The notes: generated by a model from the sequence alone, not told the origin. A stretch of DNA of 64,000 bases from Thermoanaerobaculaceae bacterium (GCA_963785165.1 CAWAUI010000004.1:3712074-3776073); one strand, 5' to 3'. Counted from the first letter of the stretch, positions 47,389-58,744 are shown. Made by a program: numbers and translations.

Positions 47389-47394
47389 TATACT
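47389..47394 (+). promoter_or_regulatory. -10 hexamer TATACT, 9 nt before ATG 47404 (leaderless-type)
   Basis: cgTATACTtgcccgcccATG; no SD. Confidence 0.45.
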
Positions 47395-47403
47395 TGCCCG
47401 CCC

Positions 47404-48330
47404 ATGGACAGGGAAAAGGCGCTCCACGTCGTCGGCCTCGGTGCCGCCCTGTGCTTCGTCCCCTTCCTGGTGATCCTCTTCCAGGGCGATCCCCTTCATC
47501 TCTGGCTCTATGATTTCGACATCTTCTGGGAAGGCGGCCGGAGCCTCCTGGCGGGCCGTTCTCCCTATGAGGTCTCCGGGTACTTCAGCCCGCTGCCGCT
47601 GGCCGTCCTGTTCGCCCCGCTGGCGCTGTTGCCTCAGCCCGTGGCCTACAGCCTCTTCATCCTGCTCTCTCTCGGAATGTTGTGGAAGGCCGCCGGAGCG
47701 CGCGCGGGCTGGGCCCTGGTCTCCTTCCCCGTCCTCTTCACTCTCTTCGTGGGACAGGTGGACCTGATCCTCGCTTTGTCCACCTCGCTCCTCGGCCCCT
47801 GGGCTCTACCCTTTCTCCTCGCCAAGCCCCAGATCGCCTTCGTGGCGGCGCCGTGGCTCCTGCTCAACTCGGACCGCCGAAAGCTGGCCTGGGGAATCGG
47901 AGCGGCGCTCGCCATGCTCCTGCTCTGCTTTGCCCTGCGTCCCCACTGGGTTTCGGAATGGCTGGCGGCCACGCCGCCGATCGATGATTATTCGAAGCAC
48001 GACTCGAATTTCTATCGCCTGGTGCCGGCCGGCGCGAGGACGGCCCTGGTCTGGATTCTTTCGCCGGTCGCGCTGGGCTTGGGAATCTGGCTGCGCGAGC
48101 GGCGCCAGTCCTGGGCCGTCCTCCACCTGTTTACGCCGGTCACCAACCTTTACTCCGCCGCCGTGCTGGCGGAATGGATTGGGCCTCTCGAAATGATCCT
48201 TTCCTGGCTGGCGCTCCTGGCGGTCGGAAACGAAGTCCACCATGGAGCGCCGATGTTCGTGGTGGCGTTGGCGATTCTCCTGCGCAGGTGGCGGGAACCT
48301 CAGTCGTCCCAGCAGGTCGCATTGGGCTGA
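47404..48330 (+). CDS. polytopic membrane protein, DUF2029/GT87-like glycosyltransferase candidate
   Basis: 308 aa with about 8 TM helices. DFDIFWEGGRSLLAGRSPYEVSGYFSPLPLAVLFAPL pattern. Confidence 0.55.
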   Translation: MDREKALHVVGLGAALCFVPFLVILFQGDPLHLWLYDFDIFWEGGRSLLAGRSPYEVSGYFSPLPLAVLFAPLALLPQPVAYSLFILLSLGMLWKAAGARAGWALVSFPVLFTLFVGQVDLILALSTSLLGPWALPFLLAKPQIAFVAAPWLLLNSDRRKLAWGIGAALAMLLLCFALRPHWVSEWLAATPPIDDYSKHDSNFYRLVPAGARTALVWILSPVALGLGIWLRERRQSWAVLHLFTPVTNLYSAAVLAEWIGPLEMILSWLALLAVGNEVHHGAPMFVVALAILLRRWREPQSSQQVALG

Positions 48331-49115
48331 TCATCGATGTCGACCCAAAAACGGCTGGAAGGATTGCCCACACCGCCAAAGGCCTGGAAGTACCAACCCC
48401 AGCCGTCATGGAATTCCGCAACGCGCCAATCCGCGCCGAACTCCAGGAAGCACAGGTCATCCGCTTCAGCCAGCGTTGAGGGCGGCACCGTGGCGCTCGT
48501 GGTTCCGACCACACCACCCGCCCATTGGTGATAAATACTGGAGACGTCTACGCTGGCGGGTTTTGCCAGGGGAAATCCCGCACCCGTCTTCTTGATGCAG
48601 AGAAGAGGGAGCGCCGTCCCGCACGGAGTGTCGCCGTCGTAGGGGTCGCATTCGGGCCCACAACCGACGTCAACCGTACCGGCCGTCGGATTCGTCGCGA
48701 CCAACTTCCAGGTCAAACCACTACCTTTAGCCGGCGGACCACAGATGGATACGGTAAACGGGTAGCTCGCCGATGCGCTTCCACCCGTCGAGGCGCTCGT
48801 CGTCGTGATCTGCACGAAATGAGAAGTGCCCGGGGCGAAAGAGGAAGGAATCTTCATGGTGACGGGGTTGCCGCTCCATCCCGACTGCGTACCGGGTGAC
48901 GGCGAATCAAAATGATAATAAAGGCTGTCGCCGTAATAATTGTAGGTCACCGGGTCCAGCGTAACGGTCAGGACGGCCAAGTCACTGTCACATTCCGGGT
49001 CGACGTGGGTCGCGAGGATGTTGGGCGCGGCTTGGACAGCGCACGGCAGGGCAAACGAAAGAACGGCGGCGGCAACCAAGGATCGGGGAGAGAACAGAGT
49101 GTGCTTTTGAGACAT
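48300..49115 (-). CDS. secreted Cys-rich hypothetical protein
   Basis: 271 aa with AAAGGAG SD. Signal peptide ...AAVLSFALPCAVQA. Conserved-looking C-terminus WRVAEFHDGWGWYFQAFG...RFWVDIDDQPNATCW. Its 3' end overlaps the convergent gene by 31 nt. Confidence 0.7.
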   Translation of the reverse strand: MSQKHTLFSPRSLVAAAVLSFALPCAVQAAPNILATHVDPECDSDLAVLTVTLDPVTYNYYGDSLYYHFDSPSPGTQSGWSGNPVTMKIPSSFAPGTSHFVQITTTSASTGGSASASYPFTVSICGPPAKGSGLTWKLVATNPTAGTVDVGCGPECDPYDGDTPCGTALPLLCIKKTGAGFPLAKPASVDVSSIYHQWAGGVVGTTSATVPPSTLAEADDLCFLEFGADWRVAEFHDGWGWYFQAFGGVGNPSSRFWVDIDDQPNATCWDD

Positions 49116-49328
49116 CGCGGTGTACTCCTTTTAGATTGTCTGGCACTCTTAAGCGCAATCCAAGTGCCAGCCGGAGGGGACCGCTGAAAAAACACCGTAA
49201 GCCCCAGCTCTACAGTACCTTTGAGGGAAATCTCCGCCCCCTTCGCGGGCGAAGCGTGAGGTCCCAGAGCTGGGGTGCCTTCGCCATAGCTATGGCAATA
49301 GCACCTCCAACGAAATCCGCCGAACCTG

Positions 49329-49334
49329 TACAAT
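49329..49334 (+). promoter_or_regulatory. -10 hexamer TACAAT, 9 nt before ATG 49344 (leaderless-type)
   Basis: cTGTACAATcccactccgATG; no SD. Confidence 0.45.
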
Positions 49335-49343
49335 CCCACTCCG

Positions 49344-50030
49344 ATGACAGACACCTTCGAGGCCATCCTTTTCGACTGCGACGGCGTCGTGCTCGACAGC
49401 GAGATCCTCTGGGACCGGTGCGAGGCGGAGTTCCTCCGCCGGCGGGGGATCGAATTCGATGCCGGCCGGACCAAGCCCCTCATCACGGGCCTGGGGCAGA
49501 CCGCGAGCGTTCTCCTGCTTCAGGAGCAGTACGGCGTTCCCGGAGATCCGGAGGCGCTGGTGGCGGAGCGCCTCGGCATCATCCGCGGACTGTTCGAGGA
49601 GGCCGTACGGTTCACTCCAGGTTTCGAGAACTTTTTCGAAGAGAAGGTCCGAGGGCGATTCAAGACCTGCATCGCGACCTCCATGCCCGAGGAGCTGTTC
49701 GACGTGGCCGGCCGGCGGCTCGGGTTGCGGCGCTTCTTCGGCGAGCACGTCTATTTTCCCTCCCACGTGGGCGGACGCGCCAAGCCGGCGCCGGACCTCT
49801 TCCTCTACGCCGCCGCCCAACTGGCCACGCCGCCCGAGCGCTGCCTGGTGATCGAGGACTCGCCGCGCGGCATCGAGGCCGGAAAACGCGCGGGGATGAC
49901 GGTGATCGGCCTCGCCACCACGCACGAGCGGGCGCTCCTGGCGGAGGCGGACTGGGTGGTAGCCGGGTTTGGGGAGGTCGATCTGCTGCCCGGGCATGAA
50001 TGCCCGGGCTACAAGGAAGAAGCCGGCTGA
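49344..50030 (+). CDS. HAD-superfamily hydrolase (beta-phosphoglucomutase-like subfamily)
   Basis: 228 aa. ILFDCDGVVLDSE (DxDG motif I), IATS, VIEDSPRGIEAGKRAGM. Confidence 0.85.
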   Translation: MTDTFEAILFDCDGVVLDSEILWDRCEAEFLRRRGIEFDAGRTKPLITGLGQTASVLLLQEQYGVPGDPEALVAERLGIIRGLFEEAVRFTPGFENFFEEKVRGRFKTCIATSMPEELFDVAGRRLGLRRFFGEHVYFPSHVGGRAKPAPDLFLYAAAQLATPPERCLVIEDSPRGIEAGKRAGMTVIGLATTHERALLAEADWVVAGFGEVDLLPGHECPGYKEEAG

Positions 50031-50037
50031 AGCCGGC
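49988..50037 (+). repeat. two-hairpin REP-like / terminator module (copy 2)
   Basis: gcccgggcat-gaa-tgcccgggc (49988-50009) plus gccggc-tgaa-gccggc (50022-50037). Same order relative to the upstream gene as copy 1. Overlaps the last 14 codons of the HAD gene. Confidence 0.6.
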
Positions 50038-50133
50038 TCCATCTTTGTGAAGGAGGTCCAAGAGGTTGCCTTGGCTCGTTCCGATGTCCCCTCCGAGAGA
50101 GACGCCCCGCCGTTTGTGGACCCGGAAAGTTCC

Positions 50134-50275
50134 CGGTTGAGGACTGGGGACGTCTCTACGGACCCATTGTGCCGAGGCCAACGTAGAGATTACGGGGGCG
50201 CTTTCTCAACATCCCCGGAACCCTACCGTTTGCAACGGCAACACCGTTCCGTAGAGACGGCCCAGTCCTCAACCG
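50134..50275. other. 142-nt element closed by a 27-bp (15+12) stem; possible structured RNA or MITE-like element
   Basis: cggttgaggactggg-ga-cgtctctacgga (50134-50162) pairs with tccgtagagacg-g-cccagtcctcaaccg (50248-50275). An internal second copy of cgtagaga (50181-50188) offers an alternative partner for tctctacg. Inner hairpin ccgtt-tgc-aacgg (50226-50238). Confidence 0.6.
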
Positions 50276-50404
50276 ACGCCCTTTCCGAGTGCACCGCCGG
50301 CGGGCCGTCTCCTCGAAGGGCAAATCGCAACGATCCTCCTCACCCTCATGAAGACTCCGAGATGTGTGTATTGACATGGCGTGAACGCCCGGGCGGGGAC
50401 GCGA

Positions 50405-50410
50405 TAGACT
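50405..50410 (+). promoter_or_regulatory. -10 hexamer TAGACT, 7 nt before ATG 50418 (leaderless-type)
   Basis: gcGATAGACTccccctcATG; no SD. Confidence 0.45.
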
Positions 50411-50417
50411 CCCCCTC

Positions 50418-51634
<1,217 letters not shown>

Positions 51635-51638
<4 letters not shown>

Positions 51639-52732
51639 CCTCCGTTCCCGTCGGCGACACCCGCCCCGTCCGCCCCGGCGAGGAAATCGATGCCGAGAGG
51701 CTGACCGCGTGGCTCGCGGAAAACCTTTCGGAAGCGGCCGCCGCCGAAGCACCGGTCGAAATCGAGCAGTTCCCCGGTGGCCATTCGAATCTAACGTATT
51801 TACTTCGCACCGGAGGCCGCGAGCTCGTGCTCCGCCGCCCGCCGTTCGGCTCCAAGGTGAAGACGGCGCACGACATGGGGCGCGAGTTCCGGGTGCTGTC
51901 GCGGCTCCATGCCGTCTATCCCAAGGCCCCGCGGGCGCTCGCCCACTGTGACGACGCGGAGGTGATCGGCGCGCCGTTCTACGTGATGGAGCGGGTGCGC
52001 GGCACCGTGCTCCGCCACCAGCGGCCGCCCGCCGGGCTCGATCTTCCCCCAGAGCGGATGCGGGCCGTCAGCGAGGCTGCCGTGGACGGGCTGGCCGATC
52101 TTCATGCCGTGGACTTCCGCGCCGCCGGGCTCGGCGACCTGGGACGGCCGGAAGGGTATGTGACGCGCCAGGTGGAAGGTTGGTCGGCCCGCTGGCAGGG
52201 CTCCCGGACGGACGACGTGCCGGACCTCGACCGCGCCGCCGCCTGGCTCGCCGGGAACCGCCCGCCGGAGCGCGGCGCGGCCCTGATCCACAACGACTAC
52301 AAGTACGACAACCTCGTGCTCCACCCGGAAGACCCTTCGCGGATCGTGGCCGTGCTGGACTGGGAGATGGCGACGGTCGGCGATCCCTTGATGGATCTCG
52401 GCACCAGCCTCGGCTACTGGATGGATCCGGACGACGCGCCGGAACAACTCCAACTGCCCGCGGGCCCCACCACCCTGCCGGGCAACCTGAGCCGCGTCCA
52501 GATCGTGGAGAGCTACGCCGAACGGACCGGCCTGGACGTTTCGAACGCCGTTTTCTATTACGTCTTCGGCGTGTTCAAGATCGCGGTGATCGCTCAACAA
52601 ATCTATTATCGATTCAAGCAGGGGCTGACGAAGGACCCGCGGTTCGCCGCCATGATCGGAGCGGTGCGGATTCTCGGCCGCTCCGCCGCCCAGGCGATTG
52701 ATAAAAACCGTATCGACCGCCTCGCCGGTTGA
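51635..52732 (+). CDS. APH-family phosphotransferase (kinase-like fold), as commonly paired with acyl-CoA dehydrogenases
   Basis: 365 aa with a 4-nt overlap onto the ACAD gene. FPGGHSNLTYLL, LIHNDYKYDNLVL (HxDxxxxN), VLDWEMATVGDPLMDL. Confidence 0.85.
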
Positions 52733-52793
52733 CATCCTCCCCCAATTCGTATCTAATCGCGCTCCCCTTCCAGGGGCCTATTCGTCACCAACC

Positions 52794-52895
52794 GGTGGGG
52801 AGTAGCCACCCGGGACCACCCGGGTCGGGGCGGCCGTCAACACGGGAGAGATCCCCGGCCCCCCGAGAGCGCGCCAGCGCTTCGGCGAGACCACC
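52794..52895 (+). promoter_or_regulatory. yybP-ykoY (manganese) riboswitch candidate
   Basis: 5' GGUGGGGAGUAGCC ... 3' GGCGAGACCACC: the conserved GGGGAGUAG and (A/G)AGACC blocks with P1 pairing GGUGG/CCACC. Internal hairpins CCCGGG-acca-CCCGGG, GGGA-GAGA-UCCC, CGC-UUCG-GCG. Followed by hairpin GCCGTGGG/CCCACGGC (52909-52946) and the terC SD. Confidence 0.65.
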
Positions 52896-52971
52896 ACGAC
52901 ACAGCATCTGTGCCGTGGGGGTTTGCGCTCAGCCCATCCCACGGCCCGTCTTCTGAAAGGAGATGGGTCTC

Positions 52972-53952
52972 ATGCCTGAAACGTCCATCGCGCTCTGGGT
53001 CGGGTTCAACCTGTTCGTCCTGGCCATGCTGGCGCTCGACCTGGGAGTTTTCCACCGCAAGGCGCACGAGGTGTCGCTCAAGGAAGCGACGACCTGGAGC
53101 GCCGTGTGGGTGGGGCTCGCACTCCTCTTCAACGCCGGAATCTACTGGCTGCGGGGCCCCGATCCGGCCCTCCAGTTTTTCACCGGCTACCTGATCGAAA
53201 AGTCGCTCAGCGTCGACAACATCTTCGTCTTCGCCCTGCTCTTCGGCTACTTCGCGGTGCCGGCGGCCTACCAGCACCGGGTGCTCTTCTGGGGCATCCT
53301 GGGAGCGCTGGTGATGCGGGCGGCCTTCATCCTGGCCGGCTCGGCTCTCCTCGCGCAGTTCCACTGGATCATCTACGTCTTCGGCGCCTTCCTCATCGTC
53401 ACCGGCGTCAAGATGGCGCTTTTCCGAAACGCCGAGCTCCACCCGGAGAGCAACCCGGTGCTCAAGCTGGTGCGGCGCCTGGTGCCGGTGACGAAGGAGT
53501 ACCGGGAAGACCGCTTCTTCGTGCGGGAGGCCGGCCGCTGGACGGCCACGCCGCTGTTCCTGGTGCTCGTGCTGGTGGAGAGCACGGACGTGGTCTTCGC
53601 CGTGGACTCGATCCCGGCCATCTTCGCGGTGACCAAGGACCCGTTCATCGTCTACACCTCGAACGTCTTCGCCATTCTGGGGCTGCGGTCGCTCTACTTC
53701 CTCCTGGCCGGGGTGATGGGCAAGTTCGCCTACCTCAAGCTGGGGCTCTCGGCCGTGCTGGTCTTCGTGGGCGTCAAGATGACCCTCACCGACCTCTACA
53801 AGATCCCCTCGCCGGTCTCGCTCGGCGTGATCGCCACGATGCTGGCGGTGGCCATCGGGGCCTCCCTCGTAAAGAGCCGCCGGGAGGAGCGCCTGGCCGC
53901 CTCGGCGGCCCAGGCTCGCAAGGCCGTCCCCGTCGCGAAGGTGGGCCAATGA
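52972..53952 (+). CDS. terC: TerC-family integral membrane protein (paralog 1)
   Basis: ATG 52972 sits 9 nt after AGGAG (the ORF-track ATG 52963 abuts the SD). The N-terminus MPETSIALWVGF parallels paralog 2. EKSLSVDNIFVF, ESTDVVFAVDSIPAIFAVT. Confidence 0.88.
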   Translation: MPETSIALWVGFNLFVLAMLALDLGVFHRKAHEVSLKEATTWSAVWVGLALLFNAGIYWLRGPDPALQFFTGYLIEKSLSVDNIFVFALLFGYFAVPAAYQHRVLFWGILGALVMRAAFILAGSALLAQFHWIIYVFGAFLIVTGVKMALFRNAELHPESNPVLKLVRRLVPVTKEYREDRFFVREAGRWTATPLFLVLVLVESTDVVFAVDSIPAIFAVTKDPFIVYTSNVFAILGLRSLYFLLAGVMGKFAYLKLGLSAVLVFVGVKMTLTDLYKIPSPVSLGVIATMLAVAIGASLVKSRREERLAASAAQARKAVPVAKVGQ

Positions 53953-55073
53953 AAGGCTCCCTGCGCGTTCTCACGGTGGCGGGGATCGACATCAAGATCC
54001 ACTTCACCTTCCCCTTGATCCTCCTCTGGGGCGCCCTCCAATGGGTGAGCCCCCACGGCGCGCGGGGGGCGCTGTTCGGGGCCCTGCTCATGGCGGCCCT
54101 CTTCATCTGCGTCGCCCTGCACGAGTTGGGGCACGCCTGGATGGCCCGGCGCCTGGGCCTTCCCGTGCGGGAGATCGTGCTGCTGCCCATCGGCGGCGTG
54201 GCCCTGCTGGGCCGCTCGCCCCGCCGGCCCCTGCACGAGCTGTTGATTGCGATCGCCGGGCCGCTCGTCAACGTGGCTCTCGCAGTCGCCCTGGCCATCG
54301 TGCTGGGGTTCCGGGGCGGCGCCGCGCCCAGCCTGGAAGTGTTCGCCAAGGGCGACCCGTCGATCGAGACGGCCCTCGTCTGGCTGCTGGCCAGCAACGT
54401 GGCCCTGGCGCTCTTCAATCTGGTACCCGCCTTTCCCATGGACGGCGGCCGCATCCTGCGGGCGCTGCTCGCCATGGGCCTGGGCTTTCCGCGGGCCACG
54501 CGCGTGGCCGCCACCGTGGGCCAGATCCTGGCGCTCGGCTTCGGCCTATGGGCCATCTTCAGCGGCAACTTCATGCTTGCCATCGTGGCCCTGTTCGTCT
54601 TCCTCGGCGCGAGCGGCGAGCGGGTGTCCGAGGAGGCCCGCGGCCTGCTCTCGACCCTCCGCCTGAAGGACGCCTACAACAAGCACGCCCTGGTGCTGGA
54701 GCCGGGGGACCGGGCGAGCCGCGTGGTGGGCTACCTGCTGACCAGCTACCAGCCGGACTTCGCCGTGGTCCACGGCGGCCATCTGGTGGGGATCGTCACG
54801 CGGGACGCGGTCCTCAAGGCGCTGGCCTCCTCGGGTGAAGACCTCTACGTGGCCGGAGTCATGGACCGTGCCTTCCTGCGGCTCGACGCCGGGCTTTCCC
54901 TCGACGAAGCGCAGGACGCCATGACCGAGCACGGTGCCACCGTGGCCGCCGTTTTTGACGGCGAGCGCTACCTCGGGCTTGTCGGCCTGGAGGACCTGCG
55001 CGAGGCTCTCCAAATCGCCGCTTTTTTGCGCATGACCGAGGCCGTCCACGGGCGGCGCCTCGAAGCAGCCTAA
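53949..55073 (+). CDS. M50-family (site-2-protease-like) metalloprotease with tandem CBS domains
   Basis: ATG 53949 overlaps the terC stop (ATGA). HELGHAWMAR, NLVPAFPMDGGRILRA, C-terminal CBS pair. Confidence 0.85.
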   Translation: MKGSLRVLTVAGIDIKIHFTFPLILLWGALQWVSPHGARGALFGALLMAALFICVALHELGHAWMARRLGLPVREIVLLPIGGVALLGRSPRRPLHELLIAIAGPLVNVALAVALAIVLGFRGGAAPSLEVFAKGDPSIETALVWLLASNVALALFNLVPAFPMDGGRILRALLAMGLGFPRATRVAATVGQILALGFGLWAIFSGNFMLAIVALFVFLGASGERVSEEARGLLSTLRLKDAYNKHALVLEPGDRASRVVGYLLTSYQPDFAVVHGGHLVGIVTRDAVLKALASSGEDLYVAGVMDRAFLRLDAGLSLDEAQDAMTEHGATVAAVFDGERYLGLVGLEDLREALQIAAFLRMTEAVHGRRLEAA

Positions 55074-55132
55074 AGCTCCACCGGGGCCGAATACTCCGGC
55101 CCCCGCCCTTTATCTCGCGGAAGGAGACCGAC

Positions 55133-56083
55133 TTGCCAGCAACCTCCCTCTTGCCGTGGATCGGCTTCACGGCCTTCGTCCTGGTCATGCTCGCGCTGGA
55201 CCTCGGAGTGTTCCACCGCAAGGCGCACGCGGTGTCCATCCGGGAGGCCACCATCTGGAGCGCCGTCTGGGTGACGCTCTCCATGATCTTCAACCTGGGG
55301 CTCTACTGGTTCCAGGGGCCGGAGCCGGCGCTCCAGTTCTTCACCGGATACCTGATCGAGAAATCGCTCAGCGTGGACAACATTTTCGTCTTCGCGCTGA
55401 TTTTCGGCTACTTCTCCGTGCCGGCCATGGATCAGCACCGGGTGCTCTTCTGGGGGATCCTGGGCGCGCTGGTCATGCGGGCCGCCTTCATCCTCGCGGG
55501 CTCGGCTCTGCTCGCGCAGTTCCACTGGATCATCTACGTCTTCGGCGCCTTCCTGATCGTCACCGGCATCCGGATGGCCCGCCACCAGGAGATGGAGATC
55601 CACCCCGAGAACAACCCCCTGCTCAAGCTGGTGCGGCGGATCATCCCCGTGACCCGCGATTATCACGGCCACCATTTCTTCGTGCGCGAAGCCGGCCGCT
55701 GGATGGCGACGCCGCTCTTCCTGGTGCTCGTTCTTCTCGAAAGCACGGACCTGGTGTTCGCCGTGGACTCGATCCCCGCCATTTTTGCCGTGACCGGGGA
55801 TCCGTTCATCGTCTACACGTCGAACATCTTCGCCATCCTGGGCCTGCGCTCGCTCTATTTCCTGCTCGCCGGGGTGATGGGCAAGTTCGTCTATCTGAAG
55901 CTGGGGCTCTCGGCGGTGCTGGTTTTCGTGGGTGTCAAAATGACGATCACGGAGCTTTACAAGATCCCCTCGCTTCTCTCGCTCGCCGTCATCGCGGCGA
56001 TTCTCACGACCGCCGTCCTCGCGTCGCTACGGAAGGCCCGCCGCGACGAACGAGAGTCCGCCCTGGCGGAAACGAAAGCGTGA
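55133..56083 (+). CDS. terC: TerC-family integral membrane protein (paralog 2)
   Basis: TTG start after GGAAGGAG. About 80 percent aa identity to paralog 1 by eye. Confidence 0.88.
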   Translation: MPATSLLPWIGFTAFVLVMLALDLGVFHRKAHAVSIREATIWSAVWVTLSMIFNLGLYWFQGPEPALQFFTGYLIEKSLSVDNIFVFALIFGYFSVPAMDQHRVLFWGILGALVMRAAFILAGSALLAQFHWIIYVFGAFLIVTGIRMARHQEMEIHPENNPLLKLVRRIIPVTRDYHGHHFFVREAGRWMATPLFLVLVLLESTDLVFAVDSIPAIFAVTGDPFIVYTSNIFAILGLRSLYFLLAGVMGKFVYLKLGLSAVLVFVGVKMTITELYKIPSLLSLAVIAAILTTAVLASLRKARRDERESALAETKA

Positions 56084-56251
56084 GCCCGCGCCGAAAGGAG
56101 CGCATTCCTCCCCGGCCGGCACTCCAAGGATGAGGGGAGCCGCGCTCTTCAGGCACGGCCGATATTTCGTGCAAACGAAGCGTATACTAAGAGAAACAGG
56201 AGGCTTTCTATCGATTGATGGAAATACATTGCGTTTGCCATCTTTTTTTCT

Positions 56252-56267
56252 TGGCTTGCAAGATGCA
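56252..56267 (+). promoter_or_regulatory. weak sigma54-like -24/-12 candidate upstream of the BNR-repeat gene
   Basis: TGGCttgcaagaTGCA: GG 56253-56254 and GC 56265-56266 at canonical spacing, in an A/T-rich spacer. GGGAGG SD before TTG 56300. Confidence 0.3.
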
Positions 56268-56299
56268 GCTGAGGGTAAACCCTGTCAGGGAGGTGACTT

Positions 56300-58700
56300 T
56301 TGAAAACTGTGTCTGTTGTCCGGCTGTTCCCCGTCTTCGGCCTCGCGGCCCTGTTGTGCGCCGCGCCGGGTGCCGAAGCCTCTGACCGCTGGGTCGCCCA
56401 GGGGCCCGGCCCCAATACCGACGGCCAGGTGGAGGGCATTGAAAATGGCGAGGTCGTGGGCGCCGTCCACACCGTGGCCGCCCACCCGACCGCCGCCGGC
56501 ACGCTCTACGTGGGCGGCGTCAACGGCGGCATCTGGAAGACCACGAACGCGACGTCCAAGAACCCCAAGTGGAAGCGCCTGACGGATGAAAAGGGCTCCA
56601 ACTCGATCGGCGCCCTGGAATTCGATCCCACGGACCCGTCGAAAAAGACGCTGGTGGCCGGCATCGGCCGGTACAGCAGCTTCGGCTCGACCGGCGGCGC
56701 ACGCATCGGGCTGCTGCGCACCACCAACGGCGGCGATTCCTGGACGACCCTCAACGGCGGCGGCGTGCTGGTGGACAAGAACATCTCCGGCGTGGCCGCC
56801 CGCGGCAACGTCCTGGTGGTGTCGGTCAACACGGCGCTCTCTTTCACCTTCGCGAACATCGGCATCTGGCGCAGCGCCGACGGCGGCGCCACCTTCCAGC
56901 AGATCGCCGTGGGCAACGGCGCGGCCACGGGCCTGCCGGGCGGCGTCACCCACGACCTCGCGGGTGATCCCAACAACCCCAACCGGCTGTTCACGAGCGT
57001 CATCTTCGCCAACGTGGTGGGCGGCTTGAACGGCATCTACCGCAGCGACGACAAGGGCGCCACCTGGACCAAGGTGAGCACCCCGGCGGTGGACGCCTTC
57101 CTGATCAGCGGCACCACCGCCAACGTCGAATTCTCCGTGGGCCGCCACAACAACGTCTACGCGGCGATCGTCAACGGCGGCCGGCTCGCGGCCCTGTTCC
57201 GCTCCGGCGACGGCGGCACCACCTGGACCGCGATGAGCCTGCCCACCACCAACGAGGGCGCCCCGGTGGGCATCCACCCCGGCAACCAGGGCTCGATCCA
57301 CCTGTCGATGGTGGCCGATCCGACCAACGCCAACATCGTCTACGTCGGCGGCGACCGCCAGCCGCTCGCCAACGAGCCCATCGGCGGGCCGTTCTCCTTC
57401 CCCAACTCGCTGGGCGCCAACGACTTTTCCGGCCGCCTCTTCCGGGGTGACGCCTCCCTGCCTCTGGCCGGCCAGTGGGTGCACCTCACCCACTCCTCCG
57501 CGCTGGGCGCGCCCGGCGGCGGCACGGCCTCCGGCTCCGCCCCGCACGCCGACTCGCGGGAGATGACCTTCAACGCCCAGGGCGAGCTCATCGAGACAGA
57601 CGACGGCGGCATCTACAAGCGCACGAGCCCGCGCACCAACACCGGCGACTGGTTCTCGCTCAACGGCGACCTCCAGACCACCGAGCTTCACGACGTGGCC
57701 TACGACACCCTTTCCAACGTCGCCTTCGGCGGCGCCCAGGACACCGGCGTGCCCGTGCAGCTCCTGCCTTCCAAGGTGACCTGGTCGAGCCTGCTCACCG
57801 CCGACGGCGGCGACGCCGCGGTCGACACCCTTTCGATTCCCGGCATCTCGGTGCGCTATACGAGCAACCAGAACCTGGGCAATTTCAACCGCACGTTCTG
57901 GGACGCGGACAACAACTTCCTCGACTTCGCCTTCCCGGCCCTCACGCTGCTCGGCGGCGGGCCCAATCCCACCCGCCAGTTCGTGACCCCCCTCGCCGTC
58001 AACGGCGTCGACGGCGCCCGGATCATGTTCGGCGCCGCCAATGGCGCCTATGAATCGCTGGACCGGGGCGACACCATCACCCGCGTCCTGCCCGCCGTGG
58101 CGGTCAACGGCAGCGGTATCGACCCCCTGGCCTACGGCGCGGACGGCAACCCGGACGTCCTGTACGCCGGCTCGACCGACCGTGTCTTCATCCGCACCGC
58201 CGCCGCGCCCGCTCCTCTGGTGCAGTCCGTCACCTTCCCGGCCACCGGCACGGGAGCCACGGTGACCGACGTCGTCATCGATCCGGACGACTACAACACC
58301 GCCTTCGTCTCCACCATCAACGCGGTCTACATGACGGCCAACGCGGGAGCGACCTGGACCAACCTGACCGGCAACCTGCAGCTCCTGCTCCCCTCGACCG
58401 TCCGCTCGATCGCCTTCGTGTCCCGCGATGACGACGGGCGACGACCTTGCCGCCAAGAAGGGCCACGGGGACGACGACGAGATCGCCGTGGTCGTGGGCA
58501 CCCAGAACGGCGTCTACTCCGCCACCAAGGAAAGCGGCTACACCCAGTGGCACCGCCTGGGTGAAGATCTGCCCACCGTCCCCGTCTACGACCTTTTCTA
58601 CGACCGCGACGACGACGTCCTGATCGCCGGCACCATGGGCCGCGGCGCCTGGAAGCTCCGCAAAGCCTCCGGCGCCGTGGAAGATGGAGGTGGCGAATGA
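56300..58700 (+). pseudogene. secreted BNR/Asp-box repeat beta-propeller protein (GH74/sortilin-like repeats), one frameshift in this sequence
   Basis: Signal peptide present. Repeats LLRTTNGGDSWTTL, IWRSADGGATFQQI, IYRSDDKGATWTKV, LFRSGDGGTTWTAM. Frame breaks near 58425-58440; the C-terminus (...GTMGRGAWKLRK...) lies in ORF 58428..58700. Confidence 0.8.
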
Positions 58701-58744
58701 ACCCCGCCGAGCCCGCACCGAAGACCGTCTCGAGAGGATCCGAC

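Noticed and set aside
55074-55132. A second Mn riboswitch in front of terC paralog 2.
   Set aside because: The spacer is only 59 nt, with no GGGGAGUAG or GAGACC blocks. It holds just a short GC hairpin and the SD.
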